A model generated the notes under the pieces. It was not told where the DNA came from. It did not search any database and saw nothing but the letters and a program-made list of their open reading frames with translations. DNA of 56,858 bases, filler included, from Streblomastix strix (lineage: Eukaryota), in the NCBI GenBank assembly GCA_008636045.1. It is 3 parts of 3 records of this genome, joined end to end, with 100 filler letters (N's around TTAATTAATTAA, not from the genome) between each part and the next. Parts side by side here need not be neighbours in the genome. Positions count along the whole stretch, not along the records: positions 1 to 18,890 come from SNRW01000562.1; 2 more parts are not named here. One strand, given 5' to 3'. Position 1 is the first letter of the stretch. Each line of letters begins with the position of its first letter. This document shows, piece after piece, positions 1 to 12,516 of the stretch. A program made the translations under genes and the position numbers.

Positions 1-3000
1 TAATTTTTCCGATATGCTGATAATACCATTACTTTACTTTGCTGTAAAACAATTCTCTTCTTTTTTACCATTCATCTCTCAATTACTTTCCAATTTCTGA
101 TTCACCAATACTTGTTTACCAAATGAAATAGAGCTCATCAGGAAAGAATAGTTGGTAAATATCAAGAAGAAGATTATTATATCTTTGGTTCATTGATTTA
201 TTATCTTTATCATTTGATGTTTTCTAATTCTGGATCAAGATATCTTTCTCAATTTCAAGAACAAGCTTGAATACTTTCCTCATCATATAGATATTATTAA
301 TCTTCTTCTTCTGCTCTTTTGTTAATTCTTCAATCAGTGGTTTTGATGCATTAGAATGAGAAGGTTAATTATTTAAAAATTTTTATTACATTTTATTTTT
401 TATATCAAAGTTTGGAGAATTTGACAAAGGAACTTGTTCATCCTCTTTTTAAGGATTGTCATCTACATAGGGATTATAATTTATGAGTTCCTAATATGAT
501 GAAGTTTATTTTATTAATTGAGAAGATGATGATGACTATTATAATGTTTGAGATGAATTTTAATCGTTACTTGAATTAATTATTATAATATCAACAGAAT
601 AATCTGATTATGAGCTTAATGTTGAAGAGGTTGATGTCTAAGAACTTAATGATGAAGAAGATTTAGTAGATATTTATGGCGATTTTTAAGAAATTGAAAG
701 TGAAGAAAGTTATGGAATAATATCTGAAGATTGAGCTAAAGATTAAGGATTTGTTTATAATAAATTTTACGAATTAAGAAAAGATTATCCATCATTTTAT
801 ATTACTAAATTTTAGCTCTGTTCCTGTTCATACAAAGTTAATTATAATTAATTATGATTTATTTAATTTAAAGAATTTTGAGATTACAATTTGGTTTTAT
901 TTAAATCTGAACTTTATTCTTTTTCTTTTTCTTTAAAACTATTTTCATTATTTTATTTTCCTCTTTCCATTCGCAATGTTTAATCAAAATAAAATAAAAG
1001 TTACTCAATTTCTTTTAAATCTTCATTCTGATATTAAATTTAATTGCCATCATTACTATTTTGTTTATCAGATCCTGAATTCTAATTAAAATTCCCAATA
1101 AAACTCAGCACACTTATCTATGAAGATGCCATTGACAAATAATAAGATGATGAAAATTGGTTGTTGTTCCTTTATTATTAATAATTGCGAATGATATTAC
1201 TTGCATTTGATGAAATAGATAAAAATGAAGGAGTGTTTCTTGGAGAATATAGGGATGATTATGATAATGATTAACTGGATTAATTTTAAATTAAATTATT
1301 ATTATTAATTTGATCATTATAATTATCTTTAAGTAGATTAGATGAAGATTCTGAAAGTAAATCTTCATTTTATGTTGGAATTCCTATTTATATTTAAATT
1401 GGTTCGTTAAAATCTTCAATATTTCCATTTATATATTAACTATTTTATTAATTATAAATCTATTATGTTATTAATTATTATTCAATTTATTCTTTAATTT
1501 TCATTTCTAATTTCTTAATATGTTCCACAATCTTTTTCTTCGATTATTCCAACAATCCAATGTTTTCTCCAGCATGTGCAACACTCATATGAATTGAAGT
1601 CTATAACATTGCTCCCCCACTTCCAATGCCACTTCCTGTTCCTTCCCATTCAGCTATACCACAAAGACGATTATATCTTTATTATTCTAATAAGAAAAGC
1701 TTTTATTCTTCTCTATTCAGATTGGTATTATCCACTGTTGGTTACAATTAAGATTAGCCATATAAATGATTAATTCTTCTATTCTTACGAAGAACACGAC
1801 CTCCAACAGTTATTTTATTCTAATCGCACCACACTTCCCAAACACTCGTATAAGGTTATAATTATTCTTTATATTCACTATTATAAGAATTTTAAAATTT
1901 TTCTTTCATATTATTTCTTCTTTGTATTCTTCTCTCTCGAATAATTCTTTCATTATTCTAATCTTATTCATTAAGTTAATCTTCTGGCTGATAAACAGGA
2001 TCCAATTAAAATTATGTTCCTTCATTATTCTAATCACGTTTTATATTCAATATTCTTTTTCCTTTACCATCATGAGCAACAATATCACTTGTATCTCTAT
2101 AATAAGAATCATATGATGGGAGCATTGAAGTTGACAAGAGTCGCATAACATTGACAAATGGCATTTCTCTGGGAACAACAATTTGGCTGACTAATTGCCG
2201 ACCTTATGTCATAACTATGCACATTTCTCCCTTTAAATCAATGTCATCTTCGTTTTGATTTGATTAATTTGTTTAATTTTCATTGTTTTTATTTCTTGGT
2301 ATATCAAATACATGAACTTTCCCAGGAACACAGAAAATTAGTAGTGGAATTCTATTGTCACTTTAGAATATATCAGGATTAATACCCTGCCATTTATCAA
2401 TGCAGTTGTTTTCATTGAGTAGATTCTCATTAGGGTATAATTATTTTAGCATCTCAAATGATTTTTCATTATCTTTGCAATGAATTGGTCCTTGAATGAG
2501 TGTATTAAATTGATCTTCAATTCCAACATACATACTGAATTCTTAAGGTTGCTAATGAGATCTGAATTGTGAGTAATTTTGTGATGTGAGACTTCTTAAT
2601 GGAGGGAATGAAGGTTGGTGTTAATTCTCCATATTAATGATATTAGAAGAACTACTACTGCTGCTGCTGCTGCTGCTACTGCTACTACTACTATTATTAT
2701 TATTATTTAAAATGATACTAAATTAAGGATCAATTTCAGGAGGTGGAGGCAATTCGTATGTTGCAGCAAATGGAGAAAAAGCTGGAAAAAGTTCTGTTTA
2801 AACAACAGACTTTCTTTCTCTGTATGGATATGATGGTTCAGGTACAGGTCTTAATTGTGAAATTGATTAACTTCTAATGTTTGTACCTGACAATTCATTC
2901 TAAGGTGGTTTTATCAAACAAGAGTAACATACGAAATCTTCTGGTTGTATCCTGGGTGTCCGTCTATTGCATGTTTCTGGCTTAAATTCATTGTTAAATT

Positions 3001-3742
3001 GAATTTATTTATCTTTCTTATTATATCTTCTTTTCTTTATCTTTATGGACTATTATTAATTCATTTCTGCATTTTCATTTTCAATGTTCAATTCTAAATT
3101 ATAATCTGATGAGCAATATGATGTTGATTCCAGATCAGAAATATCTGGTTCTTAAGGTTGTGGAATCATGTTTTCTATTTCATTCATTTTCAATGGAAAC
3201 TTTTAGAATTAATTTTTTGTTGCATCTTTCGCAGGTGTCATTCTATATAATTTAGATAATTTATATTCTAGCTATTAAAGATCATTTGCAGTATTGTCAA
3301 CAATTTCCTAATCCTATATGGCTATTTATCTGTTTCGATCATTTGCTACATGTTTGATTTTATATGGAACAGATTATGCATATAATGGAATTGGATTCCC
3401 CATGTGTCTTCTCCACCAACGTCGAGCTTTACTTGAATGTCTGATCTCATGAATAATACGTTTCTTCAGATCTAAGATTTATTCATTGCTTTTAATTGCA
3501 AAAAAACCACGTAAATGAATACTGAGGGGTTCTTTTAGCTTTGATGCAGCTTCATGATCGAAAATGGGTGGGATTGTACTCCTTTCTATTGTCCTGATAA
3601 CATTTGTCCATTCTGCACCAGCGTGGAATGTTTCAACATCTTCAAATGCAAATAAAACATAGAACCCAGGACAGTGGAATATTTTAGGAGGTTATAATTA
3701 AAAGAGCGGCGATTTTACTCTATCACCAGATGATGACTACAT
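1..3742 (-). CDS. Large hypothetical protein (>1240 aa, runs off the window start) with N/S/Q-rich tracts
   Basis: With TAA/TAG=Gln the frame is the same at ATG 3742 (MQSSSGDRVKSPLFQLQPPKIFHCPGFYVLF...RRWWRRHMGNPIPLY) and at position 2 (...QWYYQHIGKI), and no TGA was seen in the stretches translated. Poly-N/poly-S at ~2650-2710. No recognisable domain. A possible splice acceptor just upstream of the ATG means the start is uncertain. Confidence 0.8.
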
Positions 3743-4245
3743 CAAATCTATTTAATGATTGTAAAAAAAATAAGAATTGAATAAAAAATAAAAAAAAAAA
3801 TCAGATCAATTAAGAAAATTTACATAGTTATAACAAATAATCATTATAAGAATTTGAGTTTAGATATAATTTTATGATACTTTCAAACAACAAAATATTA
3901 TTTGAATAAATCATTTTAAGGAGAAAAATGCAATTTTAAAAAAAAAAATAATCATCAAAGTTTATATAAAAATAAGAAATAAATATATAAAATTTAATAA
4001 AATTTAAATTAGATGCTATTAAATTCTTGAATTAAATAAAAAATAATAGTTGAAACAATATTGTTTATGCAAAAATCAGCTTTCAAAACTTGGGCAGCAA
4101 ATCCACACTCGGAAGTTATATTGAACATTTTAATATAATTTGTTGATGAAAGTAACCAATTATCTGTTTTATTTTGCAGACACACTTTTCAAGGCTTGAC
4201 AAGCCGAGATAAATTACTGAACATTTTTTTATAATTTCTGACTCG

Positions 4246-4637
4246 ATGGAGGTATACTTTTATTTCTTAAGTATTTGTTTTAATTAATGATTATTTCATG
4301 CCTATTTTAATACTAGTTATTTCCTGGATCACAACGCGGGAGGTACAGAATCTGCGTATCGTCTGAAAATTGGAAAATAAACGATAAATCTAAGGATAGC
4401 ACTTATGTTCAATTTGAGCGTGCACTACAGCTGATTGACGACACTGAAAAGTAGCGAATTTTGAAGTTTTTCAGAATAGAAGACAAGAAATCTGCGCTTA
4501 TAGGCAGATTAATTTTGAATTCTATGATTTGCTCAGCAACTGGAATTAGCAACAGAGATCTTGTTTGGCACCGAACAGACAAAGGAAAGCCATATATCGA
4601 TTAAGAATGTTTGGAGACTATGTATGAGCATCTGTGA
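4246..4637 (+). pseudogene. Sfp/AASDHPPT(Lys5)-type 4'-phosphopantetheinyl transferase, N-terminal half only
   Basis: ATG GAG, then a GT..AG intron (4252-4316), then LFPGSQRGRYRICV...EKQRILKFFRIEDKKSALIGRLILNSMI...DLVWHRTDKGKPYI...EHL* (TGA 4635-4637). This matches the AASDHPPT N-domain pattern E..RI..F....D.K.A..GRL...RT.KGKP. No FNxSH, GxDIE or WxxKEA motif is visible downstream. Confidence 0.7.
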
Positions 4638-4908
4638 GCAGAACCAATATATATATGAGGGACTATTGTGTGTTAATTAAGATGAAAATGAAACTCTGAA
4701 AAGGGCAGTAGATGGTTGGATAAGAATATTCAGTAAAATCATGTTTTGGACGCATTTACTAGTTTAATTTGCTCCTTTTACTTCTATTTATCCGTAGAAT
4801 TAATGAATAAAGGGCATCAATTACAAATAAATTTGCATAAATGATTAACTATCTATAACCAACAAAATTGTTATTTTTAATCTTTCTTTTCCGATTTTTA
4901 GGTAAAAG

Positions 4909-6135
4909 TTGATACTCGTCCTTGTTCTTGCTGTTATTTCGTTCGCTCGTCCATCTGCTTAGAGATTAAGACCTAATGACAATGATGTTGACTCAACTTA
5001 ATTATACTACTTTGCTGAATAGATGAATGATGATTTAATTGTTACTATTGACACTGTAAATGAATAAGATGGATTAGAATACACAGGAAAAGTCAAAAAA
5101 ATTAACATTGACCCTCTTTTCAAAACTTCAACACCAGCAGCTTCATCATTCTAAATTTTCACAAATGAATAAGCTGAATAACTTACTGCATTTTATATGC
5201 TGAATCATGAAGAAGAAGAGTGCGGTCTTGTTTATGACTATTATAAGAGCAGTCTTAATACATTTTTGGGATTCGCTAGTTATGCTTACTAAGGATCTGA
5301 CAAAGCACCAAGCATAACAGCTCTTGTAGCTAATAGTCCAAATTACATTAGATACACAGATACTTCAATAACTCCTTAAGAACTTTATTAAGAAAAGAGC
5401 TGTGGAGGAACATCTGCTCCAGAAGGAGGAGTTTACTATTATAATGAGTACTACACTTCATTTGCGATTGAAAAGTTCGGTATTCTTGATTTTGAATGTG
5501 TTCCTAACACAATAGTTCCACAAAGTAAGGTTACATCATGCACAAATACTTCATCGAGCAACCTACCTACATTGAAAGGTTATAGAATAGGAGTTGCTTT
5601 AAATTAGAGTGCATCTGACATCAAGGATCTAATTCTTCGCTTTGGTCCAGTACTACGTGTTCACTTCCGAAATAAATATATGATTATCATTGGTTGGAGG
5701 TAAGCACCAATTGTTGATAGATGGCTAGTTTTAGTTATGAATCTTAATCACTATTTCTTCGTAGATTCTTTTGAAATTTCGAACTACGAATTTTTTGATG
5801 TATTAGTTGTATTTAACTTGGATGATGCCGATAAATGCGTTGAAATAACAGCTTCAACACCAGTGAGTCAGTGCCCTTGCTTGACTACCAGCGATCCGAG
5901 AGATGCATGCAAAACACCTGCAACTGTTGACTGCACAAAAACACCAACTGATGCAGCATGTGCAGAGGATTGCGAAGACAATACAAAGAAGACTATCACT
6001 GAGTGCGCTTGTGTAGTTGGTGATAAGAGAGATGCATGTAAAGGAGCTGGTAAGGATGCATCAGGGTCAGTACGTGTAGTTCTGGGTGTTATTGCAGCAG
6101 CTGTGGTACTTCCAGTGATTGCTTTGTTCTGTTGA
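4909..6135 (+). CDS. Secreted/surface papain-fold (C1A-like) pseudo-protease with Cys-rich repeats and a C-terminal hydrophobic anchor (~408 aa)
   Basis: The TAR=Gln frame extends the 5737-6135 ORF upstream to a signal-like LILVLVLAVISFA. Motifs ECGLVY, SCGG, KFGILDFECVP, DIKDLILRFGPV, KYMIIIGW and RWLV are colinear with papain. CPC..DPR..C and CAC..DKR..C repeats follow, then VVLGVIAAAVVLPVIALFC*. No in-frame ATG was found, so the start is unresolved. Confidence 0.7.
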
Positions 6136-6421
6136 ATAGTATGACACGAATATACGATCTGATTGGAGATGCTTATTTGAAGCCATCCCTTTTATTCTCA
6201 CTTCTGTCTTTCCATTTTTTTGGGAAATTAGTCTCACGTTCTATTTATTATTATTGTTATTAATTAGATTCACTCTTTATAATTAATCCATCCATAAAAT
6301 AGATAAATTTTGTTTAAGTTAATCTCTTACAGAAATTAAAACAATAAACTACAATGAAATAGGACTCCAGTATTTTTTTTATCGTTCTTAGTAATCATTT
6401 CTTTTTTTCGGCTCTGACTAA

Positions 6422-6748
6422 TAGAGCTGGCAGAAAATCCCGGATTGTCCCGGATTTCCCGGGTTTTCAAAATCTTCGTCACGGGTAATCCCGGGTGTTA
6501 TAGATATAATTCTATATATGTACTTTTAAAAAATCAATTTTTTATGATTTTTAATAAAGAAAAAAATTTTTTTCATAAAAAATTTAATTTTTTTTAAATT
6601 TAATAAATTTTTATAAAAATGTTTTAAGAAATTTTTTTATATATTATATCATCATATCTTAGGATAAAATGTCACCCGGGGTTGCTCGAGCTTTTCAGTA
6701 AAATCCACCCGGGATCAGCCATTTTTAGTCTCATTTTGTCCAGCTCTA
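6422..6748. mobile_element. hAT-type MITE, 327 bp
   Basis: TIRs TAGAGCTGGCAGAAAAT (6422) and ATTTTGTCCAGCTCTA (ends 6748). 8-bp TSD CTGACTAA (6414-6421) / CTGACTAT (6749-6756). Clustered subterminal CCCGG(G) motifs at both ends around an AT-rich core. Confidence 0.85.
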
Positions 6749-7609
6749 CTGACTATGGGCACCTTAATATGGTTCGAACCCAACGGTAGGCAAGTTTTTC
6801 TGATATATTAAATTAAAACTAAATCACATATATATATAATAAATACTTTATTTATATTTATTTATTAAAAATTAGATCAATAAAAATTATAATTATAACT
6901 ACGCTTATTGGCAAAATTTCATTTTAAATTTTTTTTTGTAAAATACGTGTGCGAATTTTGAGATAAATTTAATTGAATAATTGTGAAATAAATATATTAA
7001 TGGGTGAAAATCTGGGCTTTCACCTTTTGGTCCGGATAGGCATTTCGAGAAAACTAAAAATAAGAATCGGGTGTTAATAAGAAAAAATCTTTATAAAAAA
7101 CTTGGTCCCCCCTTAGTACTATACTAATATTAATAACTCCGAATTAAATTAACTCTTTGATCGAGAGAAAAATATTAAAGGATAAAAATTTTTCTCAATA
7201 AATATAAACCAATATGCAGTATTTTTATTATAAAACTACCAATGTTTAGGCTAAACCGAATAAATTATATTTAAAAATATATATAAAGTTCTCTATTTCT
7301 TTTTATTTTTTTTTTTGAAAAATTGCCATATCTTTATCAATAAATATTAATATTTTTGATTAATGATAAATGCGAATGTATTATAATTTTTAAATAAATT
7401 TTTTGTTTATATTTTCAACACAAGTTATACCAACAATAATAATTTTAATTCTTTTTTCTAAATTAAAAAATATACATTTTTTTGAACAATAATTTATATT
7501 TTTTTATTTTTAATTATTATATCGAAATATATTGAATAAAATTAATAATAATAGATATAAATGAATACTTTTTGCCTTCAACTCAAAAAAGTGTAAGTGA
7601 TGATGATAG

Positions 7610-10440
7610 ATTTTATAAGCTATTCCACAAACAGCTGTTTCAATTGAAGTTTAATTATGTAATATATATTAAGCTCTTGTTCCAACTGACGGAATATATT
7701 ATTCTAAGTTTGAGGAACCTATTAGACATATGTTGTTCATCTTCGCAGCATGCTGGGCATGTGTTGTATCTATACTTGAAGGATATCGTGTATTATTTGA
7801 TGAATTCTATAAACATGTAGTTGATTTAAGTGTAATTACAGCTAATGATCATGATGTAGGTCCAAACTAATTACCTGGTTAATTAAAAACTCTGTTTGAT
7901 TTCTACTTCGATATTGATAAGTGATGTTGGAAAGCTTGGAAGAATAAAGTAACTGAATATCAATTTCCGGTTAAATAATTATTCTATAATATTCATTTAC
8001 CAACGACAGAGACTGATAGACTTTCATCTATGCTACTGATGCTTATGGAATAGAAAGTACCTGTATTATTTATTGGTGAATCTTGAACAGCTAAAACTGT
8101 AACAATTCAGTCGTATATGAAAGACAGGGATCCAGAAACGATGGCTACACTAACTATTAACTTCTCTAATAGAACCAACTCATTATAAGTATATAGTACA
8201 TTAGATGACAGTTTAGGTAGACCTTTGATGGGTGTTATTCGTCCAAGACCTGGAAAGAATCTAATAGTTTTCATTGATGATCTGAATATGCTTCAAATGG
8301 ATAAAGAAGAAACTCAACAACCAATCGCTCTTCTCAAATTCTTATTTGATAGAAGAGGTCTATATGGTCGTTCATCATCTGATCTTTCATTCAGAAAATA
8401 TCAAGACATATAATTTGTAGCAACACTGGATTCAATTATTGGTGGTAGAAATCTAACTGATATTCGATTTTCATCAAAGTTTTCTGTATTCAATCTTTCA
8501 TTCCTAACAATGTCAAGTCTGAGAAGAATCTGAGAATCTATTTTATTGCATCATTTTGAGCCATTTGATTAATTTATATAGAAATCGGTAATTTAAATAG
8601 TTGAAACTACTCTATATCTATATTCTCATGTTACATAATCTCTACCAGCAACACCAAACAAGTTCCATTATATATTCAATCTTCGTGATCTATCAATAAT
8701 AACTGAAATTCTAACCATATCAGTATCGAATAAATTCAAATGCATCAGATCAATTGTAAGACTCTGGAGCCATGAAGTACTTCGTGTGTTCTAAAATTGA
8801 TTTGTTGATTCTAAAGATCGAGATCTAATTAAGAATAAAATGAGAGAATTATCAACTGAATATTGACCTTAAGAAGCTGTGAATGCATATTCTGAACCAC
8901 TATTGTTTAGTTCCTGTAAGAAAGCTAATCTTTCAGTTGGTCATTTGTTACCTGGAGAAGAGAAATAAGTTGGAGATGATTAAACTAAAGAAGATCCTAA
9001 AGAATATGAAGATCTTGAAAGCTATGATGCATTTAAGCTCAAAGTTGAAGAATGCCTTGAATCATACAATGAAACTCTACTTAGAATGAATTTAGTTATG
9101 TTTGCTGACGCATTGGGACATTTAGCCAGAATCCATAGGATTATTGCTAAATGTACAGAGATAGTTCTCTATTAATAGGATATGGTGGATCTGGTAAATA
9201 TTCTCTAACAAATCTTGCTACTTTCTTTGCTGGATATACACTATTCTAAATCACACTATCACGTGGATATGGTTATGAAGCATTCAGATAAGATCTGAAG
9301 AAGTTACATAATTTATTAGGGACTATGAACAAAGAAGTAGTTTTCTTATTCACTGATCAGCATGTTGTTGATGCATCTTTCCTAGAATACATCAAATCAA
9401 TACTTACATCTGGAATGGTACCAGCTCTATATGCTGAAGATGAGAAAGATTACATTATCAGAGAATTATCAGAAGATGATTGAATAAAGCGAGGAGATTA
9501 ACTGCTGCTTTGAGTACAGAGAAAGTACGATGGGCAAAACAGTTGAAAGAATTGAGAGAGAAAAAAGTGCTTCTTATTGGAGATTTACTAACAGCTTCTT
9601 TCCTATCATACAGTGGTGCATTTTCATAAGACTTCCGTAAAAAGATGATCTATCAACAATGACATGATGATCTATTAGAGAGGAAAATCCCATTATCATA
9701 ACCATATAGAGTAGAATAACTTCTTACTGATGATGTAGAGATATTACAATTGGCAAATGAATCATTACCTGGAGATGAACTTTCAGTTCATAATGGAATC
9801 TTAACAACCAGGGCATCAAGATTCCCACTTTGTATCGATCCATAAGAACAAGCAGTTAAATGGATTCGTATCAGAGAATCAGCCAATGAACTTATCCGAA
9901 CTTCATTCAACTCTGATTTCTTACCACAATTACGTCGTGCAATAATATTTGGTCGTCCAATCCTATTTGAGAATGTAGAAGAGTATATTGATCCAATCCT
10001 TGACCCAGTACTTGAGAAGAATATCTTCAGATAAGCTGCAACTGGTGGAGAAACAGCATCTGCTGCAGGTGATGATGATAAAAGAGGAGGAAGAAGATTT
10101 ATTGTATTTGGCGGTCAGGAAGTGGATTGGAATACTGAATTTAAGATGTGTATGACTACAAAGATGTCTAATCAACATTATACACCTGATATATCAGGGA
10201 AAACTATGATTGTGAACTTTAAAGTTACACCAAAAGGACTTGAAGATTAATTATTGAATGCTGTTGTAGGAATAAAAAGAGAAGATTTAGAGAAAGGACA
10301 TCAAGAATTGATACAAACTATGTCTGAATTGAAAAATCGCTGAAAGGAACAGAAGAATTGTTTTGCATTATTAGAAAAGACAAAAGGAATCTTCTTAGAA
10401 GTGACAGATAAACTAAAAAGAGCCAAAGATAATATAGAGT
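7610..10440 (+). pseudogene. Axonemal dynein heavy-chain fragment (AAA3 to AAA5, DNAH10/1-alpha-like), decayed and internally deleted
   Basis: Motifs [111 protein letters not shown] and GLEDQLL. In-frame TGAs at 7922, 8084 (Walker A Gly), 8531, 8798 and others. Frameshift at ~9160 and a jump from AAA4 to the end of the stalk at ~9485. No introns seen. Confidence 0.92.
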
Positions 10441-10482
10441 TAAAAAAGATCTTAAGGTTACTATTATTTAATTAACATTAAA

Positions 10483-12516
10483 TCAATATTTTTTTTATTT
10501 ATTTCGACCATTTTTTTTAAAGGCACTCTTTAAAGCAATTAATTCTTGATCTTCATCTTCACCAAATTAATCAGAAGGAACCATCTCTTCAAATTCGTCA
10601 TATTATTCATCGTTTTGATATATATTTTCTTCTTCATCTTCATCTGAATCAAGTTCAATTCTTCTTCGTTTTCTTTTTACAATCCGAATTGGCTCTAGTT
10701 CTTATTACTAATCAGTTTGGCTATGTTACATATCGTCATCTTCATCATCTTCATCATTCTAATCATTATTATCTTTTTAGATTCTGCTTTCAATGATATT
10801 CATTACTTTTGGTGGAGTGCTTGTTTGTGGAACTGTTTATTTTCTTGATGAATGTTTTCTATCTTTTTTTGAAATTTCTTTTTCAGTCATATTAATTTTT
10901 GTACTATTGGATGATTCAAAGGTGTGAAGTGCTTAGACATCTGCGATTTCTGATTCTCTTTTGAAGAAAAGATAAGATTTTATATTCTTCACTTGTATGG
11001 TTTTGCCTATGAATTGTTCTTAATCTTTATGTCTATATATTATAAATAAATATAAAAGTATTTAATAATTTATTTACAATAAATCATACATTATAAATTC
11101 CTTTTTATTAGAACATCTTTTTGTATTCTCAATTAAAGCTTCTTATAACTTTTCAATATTCTCAATGCCATTTGCTGGTAGATTCTAGTAAAGGGATGTT
11201 TTGATTTCACCAATTTCGCTATCGCACTTCGCCTTGCCATGTCTTTCTGCAAAAAATAGGTATTGTACTTATATTTTTGATAATATTGAAGTTTTTGAAG
11301 AAAATATATAATCAATTAACTGATTACTTTTAAAATGTGGTCCATTATCGCTCACAAATGTTATTTTGTTAATATCATTAAATATATTCTTTTATAATAA
11401 ATTATTCAGATTTTCTATCACAAATTAAGAGTCGTGATTGACAGTTTCTGAAATAAAATTGTATGAAGTAACATCTGTATTTGAAAATGCTGTTATGTTT
11501 AATATAGTGATGTTTTGATGGTTGAAGTGAGTAGAGCCAGTCTACGTTTGCTCATATGGTCCATGGAAATCCTCACCAAAATCCATAACAAGAACTATTT
11601 CATTTTCTTAAACATTATGAATTAATAAATTGTATGCATCTCTTTATATTTATGCTTATTTTTAATGCTCAAGTAAAATTTTTACTTCTAATCTTTCTCT
11701 TTTGTCCAGTCTGACAAAGGATCTTTTTCTTTACAAGTATTCTAGGCGAACGCATCGTTCGCATTCATCTATTCTGGATTTAGGCTTCTGTATGTTTGAA
11801 GTGATTCTTCGGAAAGAAGGAAGTGAAATGATTGGACCGCACTTTTTTAGAACTGCTGCATATAAGAAAGAGATTGAATTAAATCTTAATCTAACTTATC
11901 CATCATACAGAATAATTTTATTAATTGCAGTTTCATTATTGCTTAAATCATTTTTTTATTCAATTTTCATATCATTTATATCACTCATAATATGTGCAGA
12001 AGGAATAGTTGGTGATTTAGAATTTGCTTATTATTCAGTTGTGAATGGTAGAATTACATTTTCAATCATTTATATTTATTAATCATTCAATTTCTTTTAT
12101 AATTTTTCACAATCTTCATTATCATTCGATAGAACTTAATATATATTCTTCTTTGCACGTTTTTTTGCATATTTCAACTAATCATTTGTCAAATCATATC
12201 CCAGTGCTAATAATTCTTATGTAGATGAGAATTCTGCAATACATGACAGAATCGCACATTTAAGATGCTCTTCACTTAAATTGTATAGATACATTAAATT
12301 ATCCTTTATCTTTATTTCGCTCTTATCAAACATTTATTTAATATAATTCAATGCATTAAGAAATACTGGATTTCGAAGAAGTGCAAAGATTAAAACGCAC
12401 TCTCCAAAGTTAGCTTCAAATGAACTGAGGAATGATTTCAATAATTTGACATGGTCTGATCTCGTTTGCTTCGGAATATTTAAATATTTTAAATATTTAT
12501 CAGCCAATTCTTACAT
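10483..12516 (-). CDS. Sola-family (Sola2-like) DDD transposase, ~660 aa, apparently intact
   Basis: ATG 12516 to TGA 10483-10485 with a probable 57-bp GTATGA..TAG intron (11033-11089). Motifs DECERC...EH...QRDAY (Zn-binding-like), VLVMDFGE (D at 11581-83), NHDSQFV, FVSDNGPHFKS (D at 11347-49) and FFAERHGKAKCDSEIG (D at 11221-23). Acidic tail with a KRKRRR NLS-like stretch. Confidence 0.82.

Noticed and set aside
6785..7112. Possible inverted repeat GGCAAGTTTTT / AAAAACTTGG
   Set aside because: The match is too short, there is no TSD, and it would straddle the better-supported TIR at 7002.
7610..10440. TGA reassigned to a sense codon, based on the dynein TGAs
   Set aside because: The TGAs align to different residues (Gly, Arg, Trp, Leu) and co-occur with frameshifts and deletions, which is ordinary decay. 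Intact genes end in TGA.
11702..12082. 126-aa plus-strand ORF from the track
   Set aside because: It is antisense to the Sola transposase and has no independent support.
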